A stretch of 64,000 nucleotides of DNA from contig NC_134036.1 of NCBI RefSeq assembly GCF_964204645.1, positions 6,540,600-6,604,599 of the forward strand. Reading direction: 5' to 3'. The translations under genes and the position numbers were made by a program. Under the pieces are notes generated by a model that was not told the origin of the DNA, did not search any database, and saw only the letters and a list, made by a program, of their open reading frames with translations. Of this stretch, positions 1-13,440 are shown piece after piece; position 1 is the stretch's first letter, and each line of letters begins with the position of its first letter. Source of the DNA: Tubulanus polymorphus (Eukaryota > Animalia > Nemertea).

Positions 1-678
1 ATACGCGTCCAATGGACGGCTTTCGCGTTGATCGCATGTTGGTCGTGAGCACACCACATCGGCGCATGCTGATATTTTTTGCTAACGAAAATCATTCATA
101 TTCTTAATTTGCCGGGAAATGAATCTAATTGCTTCGAACGTCTAGAGTTCTTGGAACCAACCCCACACCTCCTCTACTCCGTCTGACCTGTCCGTGGAAC
201 AAAACCTATCGTTCAAATAACTAACAGTAAATTCTGCCCCAGCCGCTTTTATGCCCCTCGTCCTTGTTCGATCTATTTACATTCTAGATTGACCACACCA
301 CCCGTACGTCCATTTAAAAAGCCCCTCCTATCAACCAACGAATTGCATGATATTATGCTTAAATTGTGGGACTACCATTAAAATCGAAAATTTCCGAGAG
401 TCGCTCGACGATGATATTAGGATTCTGCATTTTGTAGAATCACTGTTTGACATTATTTTTTTGATATCTCTCATATATACATACATTTCCTTAAGAGAGC
501 CCCGCTCAGAGAAGTACGAACATTTTTTTGGCCCCTCTCCGTACAAAGTTACTACATTATTTGTTTACCCTTCCCCAAACGTATGTCCTATTCGAACGCT
601 CGCTTATAAAATTTACCACGAACGCACGCATCCGCAGCCCCCAGAGCCATTCCAAGAGGCTGCGCTTGGGCCAGTGAA

Positions 679-1349
679 GGGTGTTCGAACATCGCTGAAT
701 CACTGAATCACTGAAACGCTGAAACGCTGATTATCATATCAATTTTGCTGATTCATTGAATTTATTTCTAAATACGCTGAATCCATGTAGATTTTACATA
801 TTCTAAGGAAAGTGTATCATTAGATCGATTCATTGAATATATTTTGTGACATTCGTTAAAAATTCAGTTGGACTAGGGTAACCGGACGTATTTTGCGGAG
901 AGCGGTAATGGCTTTCGGCTAACGTCATCGGTACTTCGATGTCTTACAGCTTTATCAGGGATTCGCCCTGGGAACCCGCGTTTCAGATATGATAGAAAAA
1001 TACACAAAACAAATCATGACGATTGTAATGTGAGGCAACGATTGGAATCAAATAGTTGACTGCTGGATATAGTCACAAATAAACTGGCGTTTGTTTGTCC
1101 TGCCAGGCCGCTTACCGCGAATTCGATTCAATATTAGAGCGCTATTAACATCTTTAATCTTGCTCTAAAGGCATTACCGTCATCAAATATGCTGTCATTT
1201 ATATGCTGTTTATCATTTATTATAGCCTACATTGCTGTTTTACAATTATTTGAAAAAAAATCAATGAAATGACAAAGGATTATAATTAACACAGAATTGA
1301 GCGTTTCGGCAATTCTGTGATTCTGTGATTCAGCGAAGTTCGAACACCC
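679..1349. mobile_element. Foldback/MITE-like element (second copy at ~23772-24433)
   Basis: Inverted ends gggtgttcgaacatcgctgaatcac ... gtgattcagcgaagttcgaacaccc. No TSD seen. Confidence 0.55.
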
Positions 1350-1976
1350 GCTCCCGTCTGTGCTATGGAACCATTCCGAAAAACTGCGCAATGGGCCTGT
1401 CCCCCTCCCCTCCAAGAACCATTCTGAAACGTTGTCTATGGACCGGCAACATGGTCAGAACATATAAGGCCAAGTCCAATCATACTAATTTTGATCCAAA
1501 GATTACGTGTATGAATGTCTTAACCGATGTTTTGAACAACTCAGTGTGAGTGAACCGTGTCTGCACTTTTACGATGCTGCGTTGCGTGTCCGAAGTCAGG
1601 TCAGGTCAGTAGATTACTAAGGAAATGAACCTGAACTAAAGAAACAGCCATGCACGGTATCATTACCTTCTGGATCAAATCGGGAGTCCTTCCTCTTGGC
1701 AAGAGTTCATTGCGACTCGAAACGCATAGACTGTATACAAATATATCCCGATTCGTTTGAATAGTTTATGATATGACATTTCACCATTCACAATGAATAG
1801 CGAATATTCATTTTTTCGCAATGACAAATCTCGACTACTGAGTTAATTCTGTCAGATTTCTGAGCATCGACTTTTAATTTCGGTGCCGAGAATAAACTGC
1901 GAACTTCTAAAAATGATACACGGCTTTCATTCGCGTTTAAGTATTTAGATAGTCAGTCTTCAAATTAACGTCAATC

Positions 1977-2930
1977 ATGAATTCTACCCAGCCGCAAATT
2001 GGTCGCCCTTACGCTAGTTTCATCGTGCTCATGTCCGTGGTAAACAGATCCGGCGCATCCCGATACTTGTCATCAGTCATTCTAGCCGTTCTGTTCGCGT
2101 TAGGAGCCTTCGGAAATTCGGCTACTTTCCTGATAATGACGACCCAAAGATTCCGCAACTTATCTTACGTCAACTATCTTATCGTTTTGTCTTTGACTGA
2201 TTTCGTGATCTGTATCAATTTCACGTTAATGCCCGTCCTGCAATTCGCTCTGTTCAATCAACGCGTAGATCCGATATTCCTGATGAAATCGCTGATCAGT
2301 TGCCGGATCTACGAGTTTGTAATGGCGCTCGCGTCATCTACTAGTTCCTGGTTGATAGTAGCTATATCTCTGGAACGCGCGGCCGTCGTGTTCTTCCCGT
2401 TCGCATCTCGTTCGATATGTACACCGACATTCGCCAGATTTACTATAACGATTATAACCGCGGCGAACGCGCTGTTCATATATTTCCTACCCATAATGTC
2501 GAAACAGTATTCGGAACGGTATCTCGGCTGTTACTACGAATCGTCTAACCAACTTCAATTCCTCACCGTAATCGTCATCTACCTTTACATCGTCCCGTTA
2601 ACCGTGATAATCGCGTCGAATACCGTTATAGTAATTCGGTTACTATTCGCGGGTTCGAAATTCGTATCGTCCGATAGGAAAACAACGAAATCGAAACGTA
2701 CGACGATAATGCTCGTAACGGTTTCACTGGCGTTCGCGACGTTTACGCTACCGTCCACTATCACCACGTTATCGCCGATCCCTTTCGGACTGAAACAATT
2801 TCTTTACGATATATTCGTCCAGTTTCACGTTTGTAACTATGTCGTTAACTTTTACGTATATCTTTTACTGGGAAGAAAGATTCGCGAATATTTCTGCGCA
2901 AAAGTCTGTTGCAGAATATCGGACCAATAG
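1977..2930 (+). CDS. Intronless rhodopsin-like (class A) GPCR, FMRFamide-receptor-like/orphan peptide type, 317 aa
   Basis: Seven hydrophobic segments; GN in TM1, LSLTD in TM2, SLERA (DRY variant), FTLP in TM6, NFYVY (NPxxY variant) in TM7. Confidence 0.9.
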   Translation: MNSTQPQIGRPYASFIVLMSVVNRSGASRYLSSVILAVLFALGAFGNSATFLIMTTQRFRNLSYVNYLIVLSLTDFVICINFTLMPVLQFALFNQRVDPIFLMKSLISCRIYEFVMALASSTSSWLIVAISLERAAVVFFPFASRSICTPTFARFTITIITAANALFIYFLPIMSKQYSERYLGCYYESSNQLQFLTVIVIYLYIVPLTVIIASNTVIVIRLLFAGSKFVSSDRKTTKSKRTTIMLVTVSLAFATFTLPSTITTLSPIPFGLKQFLYDIFVQFHVCNYVVNFYVYLLLGRKIREYFCAKVCCRISDQ

Positions 2931-4319
2931 AAATTGATATCATCTCAATCCGTTATAACGTGAAAAATCATTACGGTGTATTTGTTAGAGAATGTCTGGA
3001 GAATTTTCATTTGTTAAATCACTATTTATATGTATAGAATTTGTACCAAGTTGCGACTATAAGGCGAACCGCATATGCGCAATGAGACACAAAGAGGACA
3101 ATGAGGATGAAAGGGCCAACTGGCTCATGCATCTACTACTAAATTGTGAAAAAAAGATACACGTGTACAATACAGTTAATTTCATTTTTCTCCCAAAAAT
3201 CAAAAATAGATTTCGAAATTAATTTTCAAAAAAATTTCAAAATTTAATCCCAAAAAGAAAAGAGTTTTTCTGATCATTTTTGTCTTTCTGTTTCGAGCAG
3301 TCGAAAAGATCGCTTTTCCGGTATTGGGCTGTTATAAAATGAATTATCAACAGTAAATCTACTCACCATTAATTTCTTTAAGCTGTTTCAGAGCCATCCC
3401 GATCTATGTATCGACTCACGTCGCTAGGGCTATCATGAGACGTAGATTTCACCCTGTTATCTGTAAAATATAAACCAACAGTGAACTTACAGTAAAAGAA
3501 ATCTAAGTTTAATATCCTGGTGCAGAACAGACAGACGTAGAAATTGAAATGAGACCGGTCCCGGCACGCGACTTAAAAATCAGTAAATTCGAGAATGTTT
3601 GCGGAGTCTCCCATACATAGAAATCCATTTCAAAACACGACAGTGTTAAGCCATACGCGGGCTTATCGCGGCATTTCAATATTCCATCCTCGAGCAAAAA
3701 TCGAGTTAAATTTATCGAATAATAAATCCCACAACCTGGAAAACATATATAGCATATCGGGTGCATAATTGCATATTTTTTACATCATTTCGAAGATTGA
3801 AATCAACTTTTAGCGATAGAAAAACCTTCGAGGCTCGTGTCTTTAATTTTTCGTATTTTCAATAGACACTATGAACATTATCGCCACCTATCAGTTTTAT
3901 GGGCATTCAAACGAATGTAAAATACACTATAAAGCATACAAGTGTCGTTTGAGCCGCCAGGTTTGACTAGTTTGCCATCTAGCGAAAAATTGGGTAACTA
4001 GGTCAGTCAAGCGTTACGCGTCATCGTAAAAAAAACATTACATCAACGCACCTCATATGACGTCGCCAGCAAACTTCTTAATTAACGGGTTATCAATATA
4101 ACTGGCGCCATTCATATCGGGGAATTTGTGGTAACTAAACCGAATTTACGGAAAATGTGATACAGTCGTTATTTGGGGGTCTCAGTCTCTCACCGATTTT
4201 GAAACCGTTTCCCCTGTTCGCAAATAGGGTAACATTTGAACCTGTCTAGATTGCTTTCGTTTCGTTTTCATTAGAAAAGCGTTCATTCATTCGATCAGCT
4301 GAGTATATGGAATACTATA

Positions 4320-4493
4320 CAGCGAAACCTGATAACAACGAACTTCACGGGACCAGAAAATCAGTTCGTTATCACCGATAGTTCTTCACGTCCAGTATGA
4401 AAACAATTTAATTTTCTTACTCTGGACACTTTTTTCTATTTACAATATCCGACGAATCGTTGTATCCGAGTTCGTTATGACGAGGTTGCACTG
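4320..4493. mobile_element. 174-bp Tc1/pogo-type MITE
   Basis: ta-cagcgaaacct ... aggttgcactg ends; homologous 174-bp copy at 10303-10476. Confidence 0.65.
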
Positions 4494-4745
4494 TGTTATT
4501 GGGTGGTCGACGAGAATAAGAATCGAGGAAGAAATAACTGGAATAGGAGAAAATAGAAATCGATTTTAAACAACTGAAATGTGTAAATCGAGGCGAACTA
4601 ACCATTCGATAACTTGTCTTACTTTGGAAAGTATCAAAATGAGACCCCGGTAACACTGAGAGTATAACCTAAGGGTTGTAGCGTATGTATATTTTCTAGT
4701 CTCCTGTAGATCGCTGTAGCTCTCAGTTGAAACGCTTTTTTCAAT

Positions 4746-4970
4746 AAATAGAAACACGAAATAAGAATCAAATTCTACTAGGCCTGATCGAAAACAACGC
4801 CTTCAGTTGATTTCGAAAGCGACGCCACGAGACTAATCGCTTTTTTCATTAAATAGAAACACGAAATAAGAATCAAATTCTACTAGGCCTGATCGAAAAC
4901 AACGCCTTCAGTTGATTTCGAAAGCGACGCCACGAGACTAATCGCTTTTTTCATTAAATAGAAACACGAA
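4746..4970. repeat. 105-bp tandem duplication (2 copies plus a partial) at the truncated end of the GPCR pseudogene
   Basis: aaatagaaacacgaa...cgcttttttcatt repeats at 4746 and 4851, partial at 4956. Confidence 0.9.
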
Positions 4971-5790
4971 TGAGAACTAACGTCAGAGTTAAACTACGGT
5001 CACTGCTGCTGCTGCTGCTGCTGTTAGAGGTTTGATCATTTGTAGACATGTTTTTTCTCGCTGCTCCTGCGCGTCTCAACGTGAAAATACATCGAATAGT
5101 TATCAGAACCACTATCACTGTCGGGATTATAGTAAATATAGGAGCGCGGACAAACACATCATAGTATCTCAGATATCTATTTGTAGCTAATGGTGTCAAC
5201 CTTTGAGTCCATCTCTCATGCCCAGTGGACGGTTGACGTGTATAGTACTTCAAAAACTCCCTAGCCTTGTCACAAACCGGAATCATCGGAACTAAAAGGA
5301 TATGGACATAGCATTTCCTCATACTTATGATTCTAACAGCCTCCAGGGGCCACAAACGACGATATATCTGTATATAGCTATTAACAATGTTATCAGATTG
5401 CTGATAACCGAAAACACAACTAGAATGGTTTTAGTGTACGAATACATGCGCTTCATAACGTGGTTTATTTCAGCAGTCATGTCCAGTAACAGTGTGTGAC
5501 TGTAGAGCCGATATTGAAAGTCAAATACGATATAAGACAAACAAGCAAAAATGTCCGCAACAGCCAAACATCTCAAATAAAACATACTGGTGTTGTTTGA
5601 ACGTTCTTTACTGAGAATGATAAAAGACAGTAAGTTGGCGCCGAAACAGTAGATGACTATGCTTAGAATAACGTAGGTCGTGATCTGTAGATACAGATTC
5701 ACGTGAAACGGTTTGTAATCGGCGGATGAGGTATAAACCCTGCCTTCGCAGTTGTGGTTGTCAGGTCTGAGAAATTGAAGTCGAGAACCT
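4954..5790 (-). pseudogene. Class A GPCR pseudogene (peptide-receptor-like)
   Basis: TM1-TM3 (GANLLS, LAVAD, IYRY) lie in ORF 5325-5702 and TM4 to the start of TM6 in ORF 4954-5355. Frameshift near 5330-5355, upstream stops, no TM7. Confidence 0.8.
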
Positions 5791-5950
5791 GATCTGATTA
5801 ATTATCTAAAACCACCCTGCACATAGCACATTCACTCGACGTTGATAAAGAAATAATCGGTTCGAACTTTCGATTATATAAATCTTCTAAGACTCGGTGC
5901 AATCGCAGTTATCTGTGATATCCTCGATATATTAGAAGTTTAGTTCGTGG

Positions 5951-6471
5951 TACTATTGGAGTGATAAATTAGTTAACAAGTAATTTGCGTAACGGGGAGG
6001 GAAGCCAAAGTTCAGGGCAGTGGCTGAAGTTAGTAAACAACCTACGTAGATACTTACGTCACACATACGACACTGAATAGAAGATAGGTGAAAGTGACGT
6101 GAGTATCTGCGTGGGGATACTAGTTAAAGCGGCAGCCTTGAGCTCTGGTATTTCTAAGTAGTAAACAAGTAATCAACTCGTGACGTATAACATATGCAGA
6201 AGTATACGTCGCGAGTAACATGAAATAGTATGAATAGGGAGGGTCAGCACAGTAAGGGGGTCTAGAGATTCGAGAATGGCGGAGAAGCCTAAGATACGAG
6301 CTGTAGGGTAAGAAGGAATAAGAATTGTATTGGCAGAATAATGAAAGAAACCTAGATCAACGAGAAGTGTTATTATTATTCTGGAGTCAGAGAAATATCT
6401 ATTAACCCTAATACTCGGAGGAATTAAACAACACCAACACGAGTTGAGAACGCAAAATCAACACCAAAACA
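5951..6471 (+). mobile_element. Solo-LTR-like relic related to LTR family B
   Basis: Reverse-complement homology to the LTR at 32942-33540 (caacctacgt...cttacgtcacacata, gcagccttgagctct, ctcgtgacgtataaca). Ends approximate, no TSD. Confidence 0.65.
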
Positions 6472-6678
6472 CAGCCTACGGCTGGCCTAAAGATCTATGC
6501 TGACCATCAAGTGCGGCGCAGCGTCGTGGATTGTATCGAAATGTCTGGTGTCAACGGAGTTGGTTCAGTCTGTTTCGCAATCGGCTCTTCGTGATGTGAG
6601 AATGAGGAATGAGGGCTGATCTGAAATAAATAACAACTAGGCGCGTTACAAAAAAAGAATCATTGAAAAATTATTTCC

Positions 6679-6810
6679 AGTTGCACAGTCGCGACTTATG
6701 TCGAAGAGTGGTTTTAAATCTTAAGACTGGTCTTGAGTTGTAAGTTTGGCTATATAACTAAGTTGGTATTAGACTGGTCTTAGGTCTAGGCCAAGGCTGT
6801 GCAAACGACC
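6679..6810. repeat. Short palindromic MITE-like element
   Basis: gttgcacagtc ... ggctgtgcaa ends with internal agactggtctt repeats. Confidence 0.4.
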
Positions 6811-8269
6811 CCGGATAATTGCTTGTTCAAAAACTAAAAGTATGAATGGAATAAATCGAAAAAAATTGTTTGTTGCCCGAGTGAGATTCCACAAATCCAA
6901 GGATGTCAAATCGGTTAATCCCCACCGAGGTTCACTCCGTCCTCGGAAATGTATACGTCGAAATAATCTTGTTTGATTCAACTCACGTTATAGTTGACCC
7001 GAGGGCCAGACACTATCTACATCGTTCGAAATTAAACCTCCGATTCAAATCTATTCGATGTATTTCTTGCAGGTCTCGAAGGCCAGGTGTGAACGCGTCG
7101 ACCCATGTATGGAACAGAATACATCGGCGGTATTCGCCATGCCAGCGAAATGCACCACCCGCGTCAGTATCATCATAGATTCATCGTTATTACAACTTTC
7201 TGCAAAATGCAAACGAACAGGAAGTACAGAAAAAAATGAAAGATATCCAAACCTCGAACAAAAAACAAACACTGAAACTGAAATGAGACCGCTCTTGGTA
7301 TAATTCATTTTAGACCCGTGAAATGGAACTTTGCCGAGCCTTGCATAGATAAATTTCGGTAAAATTATCATAGTCGGAAAAGTTGGAAAGTATATCGAGC
7401 ATTTCCCGCGTTTAGATAATCTAAGAAATTCAGCTTTTTACCGATACGTGTAATAACGGTCGGACAATGCTATAAATGAATTCGTGACGAGTGAATTTAT
7501 AAATTAAACTGGTTAAACGTAATTTTAACTTGCACGAATATATACCTTATGTATCCTATGCAGAATAAACGGCTACATACCCTCCTTCAGCCGTACGACA
7601 ACAGTCGGAAATCAGGTGACACACTAGGATTAGTACATTCCGCATACGTGGCCATCGAAGCCGTGAATTTATCGGATCTATATATATGCGACGAATAGAA
7701 ATGTCTGAGCAGCGGGATATATGAAGTGAATGAAATCAAGCAATTCGACCTAATCCGCACAAAGAAGCGCATTTTCTTTAGTTGTCGATAATATATACGA
7801 GAAGATACCTTAAATTCCTAAATAGTAAATTGTGAAAATCTAATTTTTCATCATTTATAATGATCGAAATAGATATAGTTGAAATATCGAGACATATTAT
7901 CAAAATTTCAAATACCGGATAATTTGTCGGTATTTTCTATCCTTCTTTGCCTGAACAGCGGCCAGTGAAAGATACACATCACCACAGCTAACCAGCTAAC
8001 ATTAACAGCATAAACTATTGAGAGACCCAGTACATATTTACATTTCAACATGAAATAGATCCTTCTACCTCCCTGACCAGTTTCAAAGCTTAAAACAATC
8101 TGGCATTGAGATATAACAAAAATGGACGGAGTTTCCTCAAAATGCAACGCATTTCTATAGACGCTATATCTCAGCTGTCACTTTAATGACGTTGCAGCGC
8201 GCACCTGCTGATTGAGCCGACGCTGAACAGTAAGCGATGTAAACAACGAAATGAGGTCAAAAATCATGT

Positions 8270-9581
8270 TACTTTAACAAGGGTCCCAATTATCTTGTCC
8301 ATCTCGATGGTTATGACAAGCTCAAGCCTTTTGGTTTCCCGATTCATGGGTGTATAGATGGGTAAACATAATATATAATTGATATATCCTAAAAGATATT
8401 ATTTCCACCTATCAACAACAGTTGCTATAAGTTCAGAATTTGGTTTGTCGAACATGTTCATAAACACAGTCTATATTTAAAAGATTTTCCCGACGAATCC
8501 TTTGGTTACGAGTTGGAAATACTAATAATGACCCAGAGGTGGTTGCGCGGTACTTTTTAGATTTCGTTCAGGACATTGAAGGTAGATAGAATTGTCATAC
8601 ATAAATACACAATGTGCCGAAATTATGCCTGGGAAAAATTATCTGTTATCAATCGTCGATTAAGATAATACTCTGACCGTCATCTTTATATCATCATTCA
8701 GCAGTTCCTCGCTGCATCCGTATGGACGCTGGAACCGAAAATGGCAGAATTGCAGCGATTCAGAAGGCCTTTAGAGCAGAATATGACGACGAAACGTGCG
8801 TTCTTGTGGGTAGATCTACCAGTAATCAGGTTCGTGGTGTCATTAATATGGGTAGATTTGGACAATCCCCATTTCTGCGCTAGAACCAACTTAAGATACT
8901 TCAAAACTCACCAATTATTTTATTTTTCTTTGTTTTAAGCGCATTGAACGATGGTGGCGAAGTCTTCGAAACGAAGTTGTTCAGTTTTGAATGAACGTAT
9001 TTAAAGATATGGAGGAAAATGGAAGTCTATCTACCGCGGACGTTGTGCACATGTAGGTTAAATACCCGCCTTTAAAGCGCGTGGCGATTTTTTGTGATCC
9101 ACGTAGTAATTTCCCTTTCTCCAATATTTTTCAGTCAAACCTTAAGATACTGTTTTTTTGATTTGATAAATGCCGATCTTCAGGATTTCGTGCAGGAGTG
9201 GAATACACATGCCATCAGGCCTCAACGAAATGTGGATGTTCCACCCGGAAAACCTGATCTATTATACTTCTCGCCGGAATATTACGGTACGAAATACTCT
9301 GTATAAAAATGAGCATAGGTTTCTAAGTTTACGATGTTTTTATCACTTCTTGATAATACGAAATAATATTTTCAGGCACGATAGACTACAAATTTCCAGT
9401 GGACGCTGGACTACTTCCGCAAATTCGAGAGGAATTTTGTAGTAAGCCGAATGAATCGAGAGGCTGTGATCCGGACTTTTCAGCGATGTGTGATCTTATA
9501 ACGAGGCAGGGACAACAATCAAGACCGACATCAACCCCAGAAGCCGCTGCTTTGTATGACTGGCTATTAACTCAATTCTGA
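8270..9581 (+). pseudogene. Intron-containing DDE integrase/transposase (IS3-like integrase core), 5'-truncated, one nonsense codon
   Basis: Exons ~8270-8361, 8484-8581, 8702-8829, 8940-9052, 9135-9286, 9376-9581 with GT-AG introns. They splice to KGPNYLVHLDGYDKLKPFGFPIHGCIDGFSRRILWL...RMDAGTEN...STSNQRIERWWR...WNTHAIR. In-frame TGA at 8988-8990. Confidence 0.85.
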
Positions 9582-10302
9582 GAGCATACATGTTAGAATC
9601 ATTTTTATACGTATCTGTCCTGCACGGTTTATGTGTTGTCTGTTCATGATGTATTTCGAAGATTCAAATATATCTATGATACACGTTACGCGTTGAAAAG
9701 AATATGATTGTAATTTTTCATGGATTCATGCGACTGTTTGGGCTTAGTAATACATCATACTAACACTACCCATGTTTTAATTCGCTATCCAACCCCATCT
9801 CAAGTAGGTGTCTCAGAAATAGAATACACGTGCCATCAATTTACATGGAGAATTATCTGCGAAAGCGTACTCCAGTATCCGCTATTCTCAAAACGCTTCA
9901 GAATAAATTTGCGTATGGTTCAAAAAGATGTATTTTTGATTAAATTTATTTGAGAAAGTTCTATGAAGCGGTTGTTTAAAAAGTGGTCTTATGGACAAGT
10001 CACATATCTTTCATCCTCGCATGCCAGGGGTCTGGTATCGCACCCCGAACTCGTTTCCACCACCCCCTTGCCTCACGACGCGTGATTTCATTACTGGTTG
10101 AAATACCTCCTCGTACGCTGATTGGTCCATTTAACGGGAAAATCAACAGAAGCCTATAATGTCGTTTGCTTAAAGCGCTGTGATTGGTACGACCGGATTC
10201 TGGTCGGCTAGTAACGACTCCAACGACTCGCGAGATCAAGGGGTTCGGGGAACACGGCTTTAGCTTAGTGAATTCGATTCCCACGACAGGTGAAGATGCA
10301 TA

Positions 10303-10476
10303 CATTGGAACCTCGTTACAACGAACCTCTGGGGACCAGAAAATATTGTTCATATTAACAGATATTTCGTCATATCCAGTGTGAAATTAATCAAATTGTC
10401 TAATGTGGGACACAATCTTGTATTTGTTATGTCCGATGAATCGTTGTATCCCAGTTAGTTATAACGAGTTCCACTG
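10303..10476. mobile_element. 174-bp Tc1/pogo-type MITE
   Basis: ta-cattggaacctcgttacaac ... gttataacgagttccactg; homologous to 4320-4493. Confidence 0.65.
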
Positions 10477-10875
10477 GATCTCTATATGAATGTGCAATTT
10501 TGACAGTCTATAATTTAATCGTGTTCGAATACGTGCCAATGACACTTTCGTACTACGATATCATTTGCAGCTCGAGTGAAAGTGAGACACCATGAAAGAA
10601 CGAAAACGCAATGAAGTGAAGATATTTGAATATTTTAATCGAAGTATCAAAGTTTCTCTTAAAAGCCTTAAAACATTACCTACGTTTTAATACCGTGTTG
10701 ATACAATATATCAATATGTACTTAAAGATGATTGTCTTACAATTTCGAGACAAAACATAACTTGACAGCAGAGAAGTGGCACCCCCAAATCGCCCTGTTT
10801 TCAATACAAACAAAAAACGTATTTGTTCATGATTGATGCCCTGATTTGAAACGACAAATATAAGGAGCAAGTTTA

Positions 10876-10970
10876 ACAGCTCTCGGTAAGGTTTGACTCG
10901 AGAGTTAAGTCGGTTTTTTTCAATATTTCCAATGCTTTAACTCTAGAGTCAAACTTAACCGAGAACTGTA
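10876..10970. repeat. Short foldback element
   Basis: acagctctcggtaaggtttgactcgagagttaa is an imperfect reverse complement of ttaactctagagtcaaacttaaccgagaactgt. Confidence 0.6.
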
Positions 10971-11183
10971 GAACCTGGTCAAAATGCACTGCATGAATAA
11001 TTACTTCTATCATTAAAAAGATCGTCACTAAGTAATTCTATGATAAAAGAAACGACATCAGGGCTGGCAATTTTAAAAATAAACACACCACTTTTGGCCT
11101 AAACAAGAACTTAAACACGTTTTGATCCAACTTTGAAAATATGAAACTTACGTGGATTACGTCATTGCGTTTCTAGAATAATT

Positions 11184-12620
11184 TTATACGACGTCCATAA
11201 CCCAAACATTGCTCTGGAGAATATTATCGAATTCTTGTTTCAGTTCGACGTATTCGTCATATGTTTCTGGTAACTGCAATATCTGGGCACATGTTCGAGC
11301 AACTGGAGCTCGTTGGAGACCGTCTACCTTAGTAAAGGTCACGTCAATCTTTTGGCAGTTACAGATGTCAGAACCAGTACAATAGCGGAGGAACTTAGAC
11401 AACATGCTTTCATCCAATGATCTGTCATATATCTTCAGTAACGTAGCAACATTTGACTGAGGAGCTGACAAAACGTTTGGAAAAGAAAGTAATTCAACCA
11501 CTTTGCGACAGGAGGGTTTAAGATCCGTACAAAGATCGAGGTACTGTTTATATGATATTGTTACATATTTCTATATCATAGGTTTTATACAATCAACTAT
11601 AAATCTCGGCTTTTGCACCAATTCCTGGTGACTAATTTCCCGAATCAACATGGAGAAGTTCTCCTTCGTAGGAAGTTTCCGACATTCATATCCCCCCAGT
11701 ATGTCTATTATCTCTTCGACGTCATTTGCTTCATCATCGAAATTAGCCAATGCGCGTCGAAATACCAGCTCCTCAGACGGAGAAACATATTTCAGGAATG
11801 ATTCGACCAAGTCTACGCTATCATCCTGCTGGAAGAACAATTCGGAAACAAATGGCTGTGCGAGGAATATTGGGAAATATGATGTTTCCTGAAATCCTTT
11901 ACTGATGATGCGTCCTACAGCCTCCCATTTCTCTGTGCCATAATCATGGCGTATGAGAGGGATCATCTGACTACTACCCGTCATACATTGCTTTCTAAAT
12001 TCTGACCAAAATTCAGTAAGACACTCTCGAAAGACACCGTGTCCTTCTCCGGCTTCAACATTTCCATTAGGGAGTATCATTCGAGCATTTATTATTTTCC
12101 CCATCACCGATGCATCACAAAAAGCGTTTATCATATCTTCGACCATGGCTGTTCTGCGAACCAGAAGGTTGTATACTTCCCGTTCAATGCGATTTATCTC
12201 TTCTTGTGATAACTCGCCACTCGTCAGTACTCTGAATTGAATTGTAGGCGTATCAGGCTGTATCAATTCGAAATCATTAAAGTTGATATCTGCTATACCA
12301 TCACGGGAATGTGTATCATTTGAACCCGTATGTATGCCAACAGCACCGGTAGGCACATAACCAGACTGAATCCCGGCCGCAAATGGAGTTGAAAGTGTAT
12401 GGGCAGATTGGGTATGCGTAGTTAAAATGATAGGTTGAATATCACTACTAGCCGAAATTGTAGATGAGGCTGCTGGCGTAAACGACAATGCCGGTTGCAT
12501 CAACGAAAACATAGGTAAAGTTGACTCAGAAATCGGTGGCTGGTGGGTATTAGCAAGAAAGGATGACATGGATGGCAAAAATGTTTCATCATCACTATCG
12601 TCAACTAATTTAAATAGCAC
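11184..12620 (-). pseudogene. HECT-domain E3 ubiquitin ligase-like (G2E3-like) ORF, single in-frame stop, 5'-incomplete
   Basis: ORFs 11571-12620 and 11184-11501 are in the same frame, split by one TAG at 11571-11573. Motifs EAGEGHGVFRE, FLRYCTG and PVARTC (catalytic Cys equivalent of PxAHTC). Confidence 0.85.
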
Positions 12621-13440
12621 GGCAATCCACAGTGAGTGGGTTAGGTATGGAGTTCAAATATATCCCGGCAGAGACTTGAGCGCAACCGTAAAATCAGAAG
12701 TCTTTTACGCCTATGACAAGGATTAGTTCTTACCCAAAAGATATCTTTTCTCAGTAGACTTTTCTACCCATATGGGTTAATAAATCCAGGAAGAAAGACT
12801 ATCTAAATATTTGGATGGATATATGAAAGCTGTGGGTACTGGAGTGTGTAGTGTGGTGTGTAGTGTGATCTGTGTTCATTTGTGGCCAGCACACAGATCA
12901 CATTGTTCAATGGGGTTTGGTCCAGGACTCGCGAGATTTTCAACAACACGGAAGTAACGTGTAATAAACGATGACTTGAATTGCATGACTACCTACCAGC
13001 CTTCATTATTGTTGGAAAACTAAACGTTCGGCACTGGCTAAAAATTAGTAATAACATTTTAGAAATGGCCAGAATTTTAACTTAGGTTCTATCTCATTTT
13101 TATTTTACAATTGCGATTGGTAAAATTGTTTTTTAAACGGCCGTTAAGGCTTCATGTTTCGCTGCAATTCACTGCAAATAGTTACGCAACTACGCACATT
13201 TCAGTGTTTTTGGCAGCTGTACACTCAATCGGCACCGTTCGTGACTAGCTTCACTGCGGAATTATCATTAATTAACATCGCCATATCACATCATCAACTT
13301 ATATTGTGCCTTAAAACCCTAACAGCCGAAATAATTGAAATGCACACACGATTTCTATCATTGAAAATTGGCCATGTTTGTGTTTGCTGCTTCGCTTAAA
13401 TCCCGCGCGGTGGTGCAACCGCGCGGAGTGGGGCCGATAC

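Larger units (their letters stand above)
1..4245 (+). repeat. Segmental duplication, copy 1 (runs off the window start)
   Basis: Near-identical to 23094-27385 with only scattered substitutions and small indels. Confidence 0.95.

Noticed and set aside
347-1549. Short ORFs repeated in both duplication copies
   Set aside because: They overlap repeats, and some are frameshifted between the copies.
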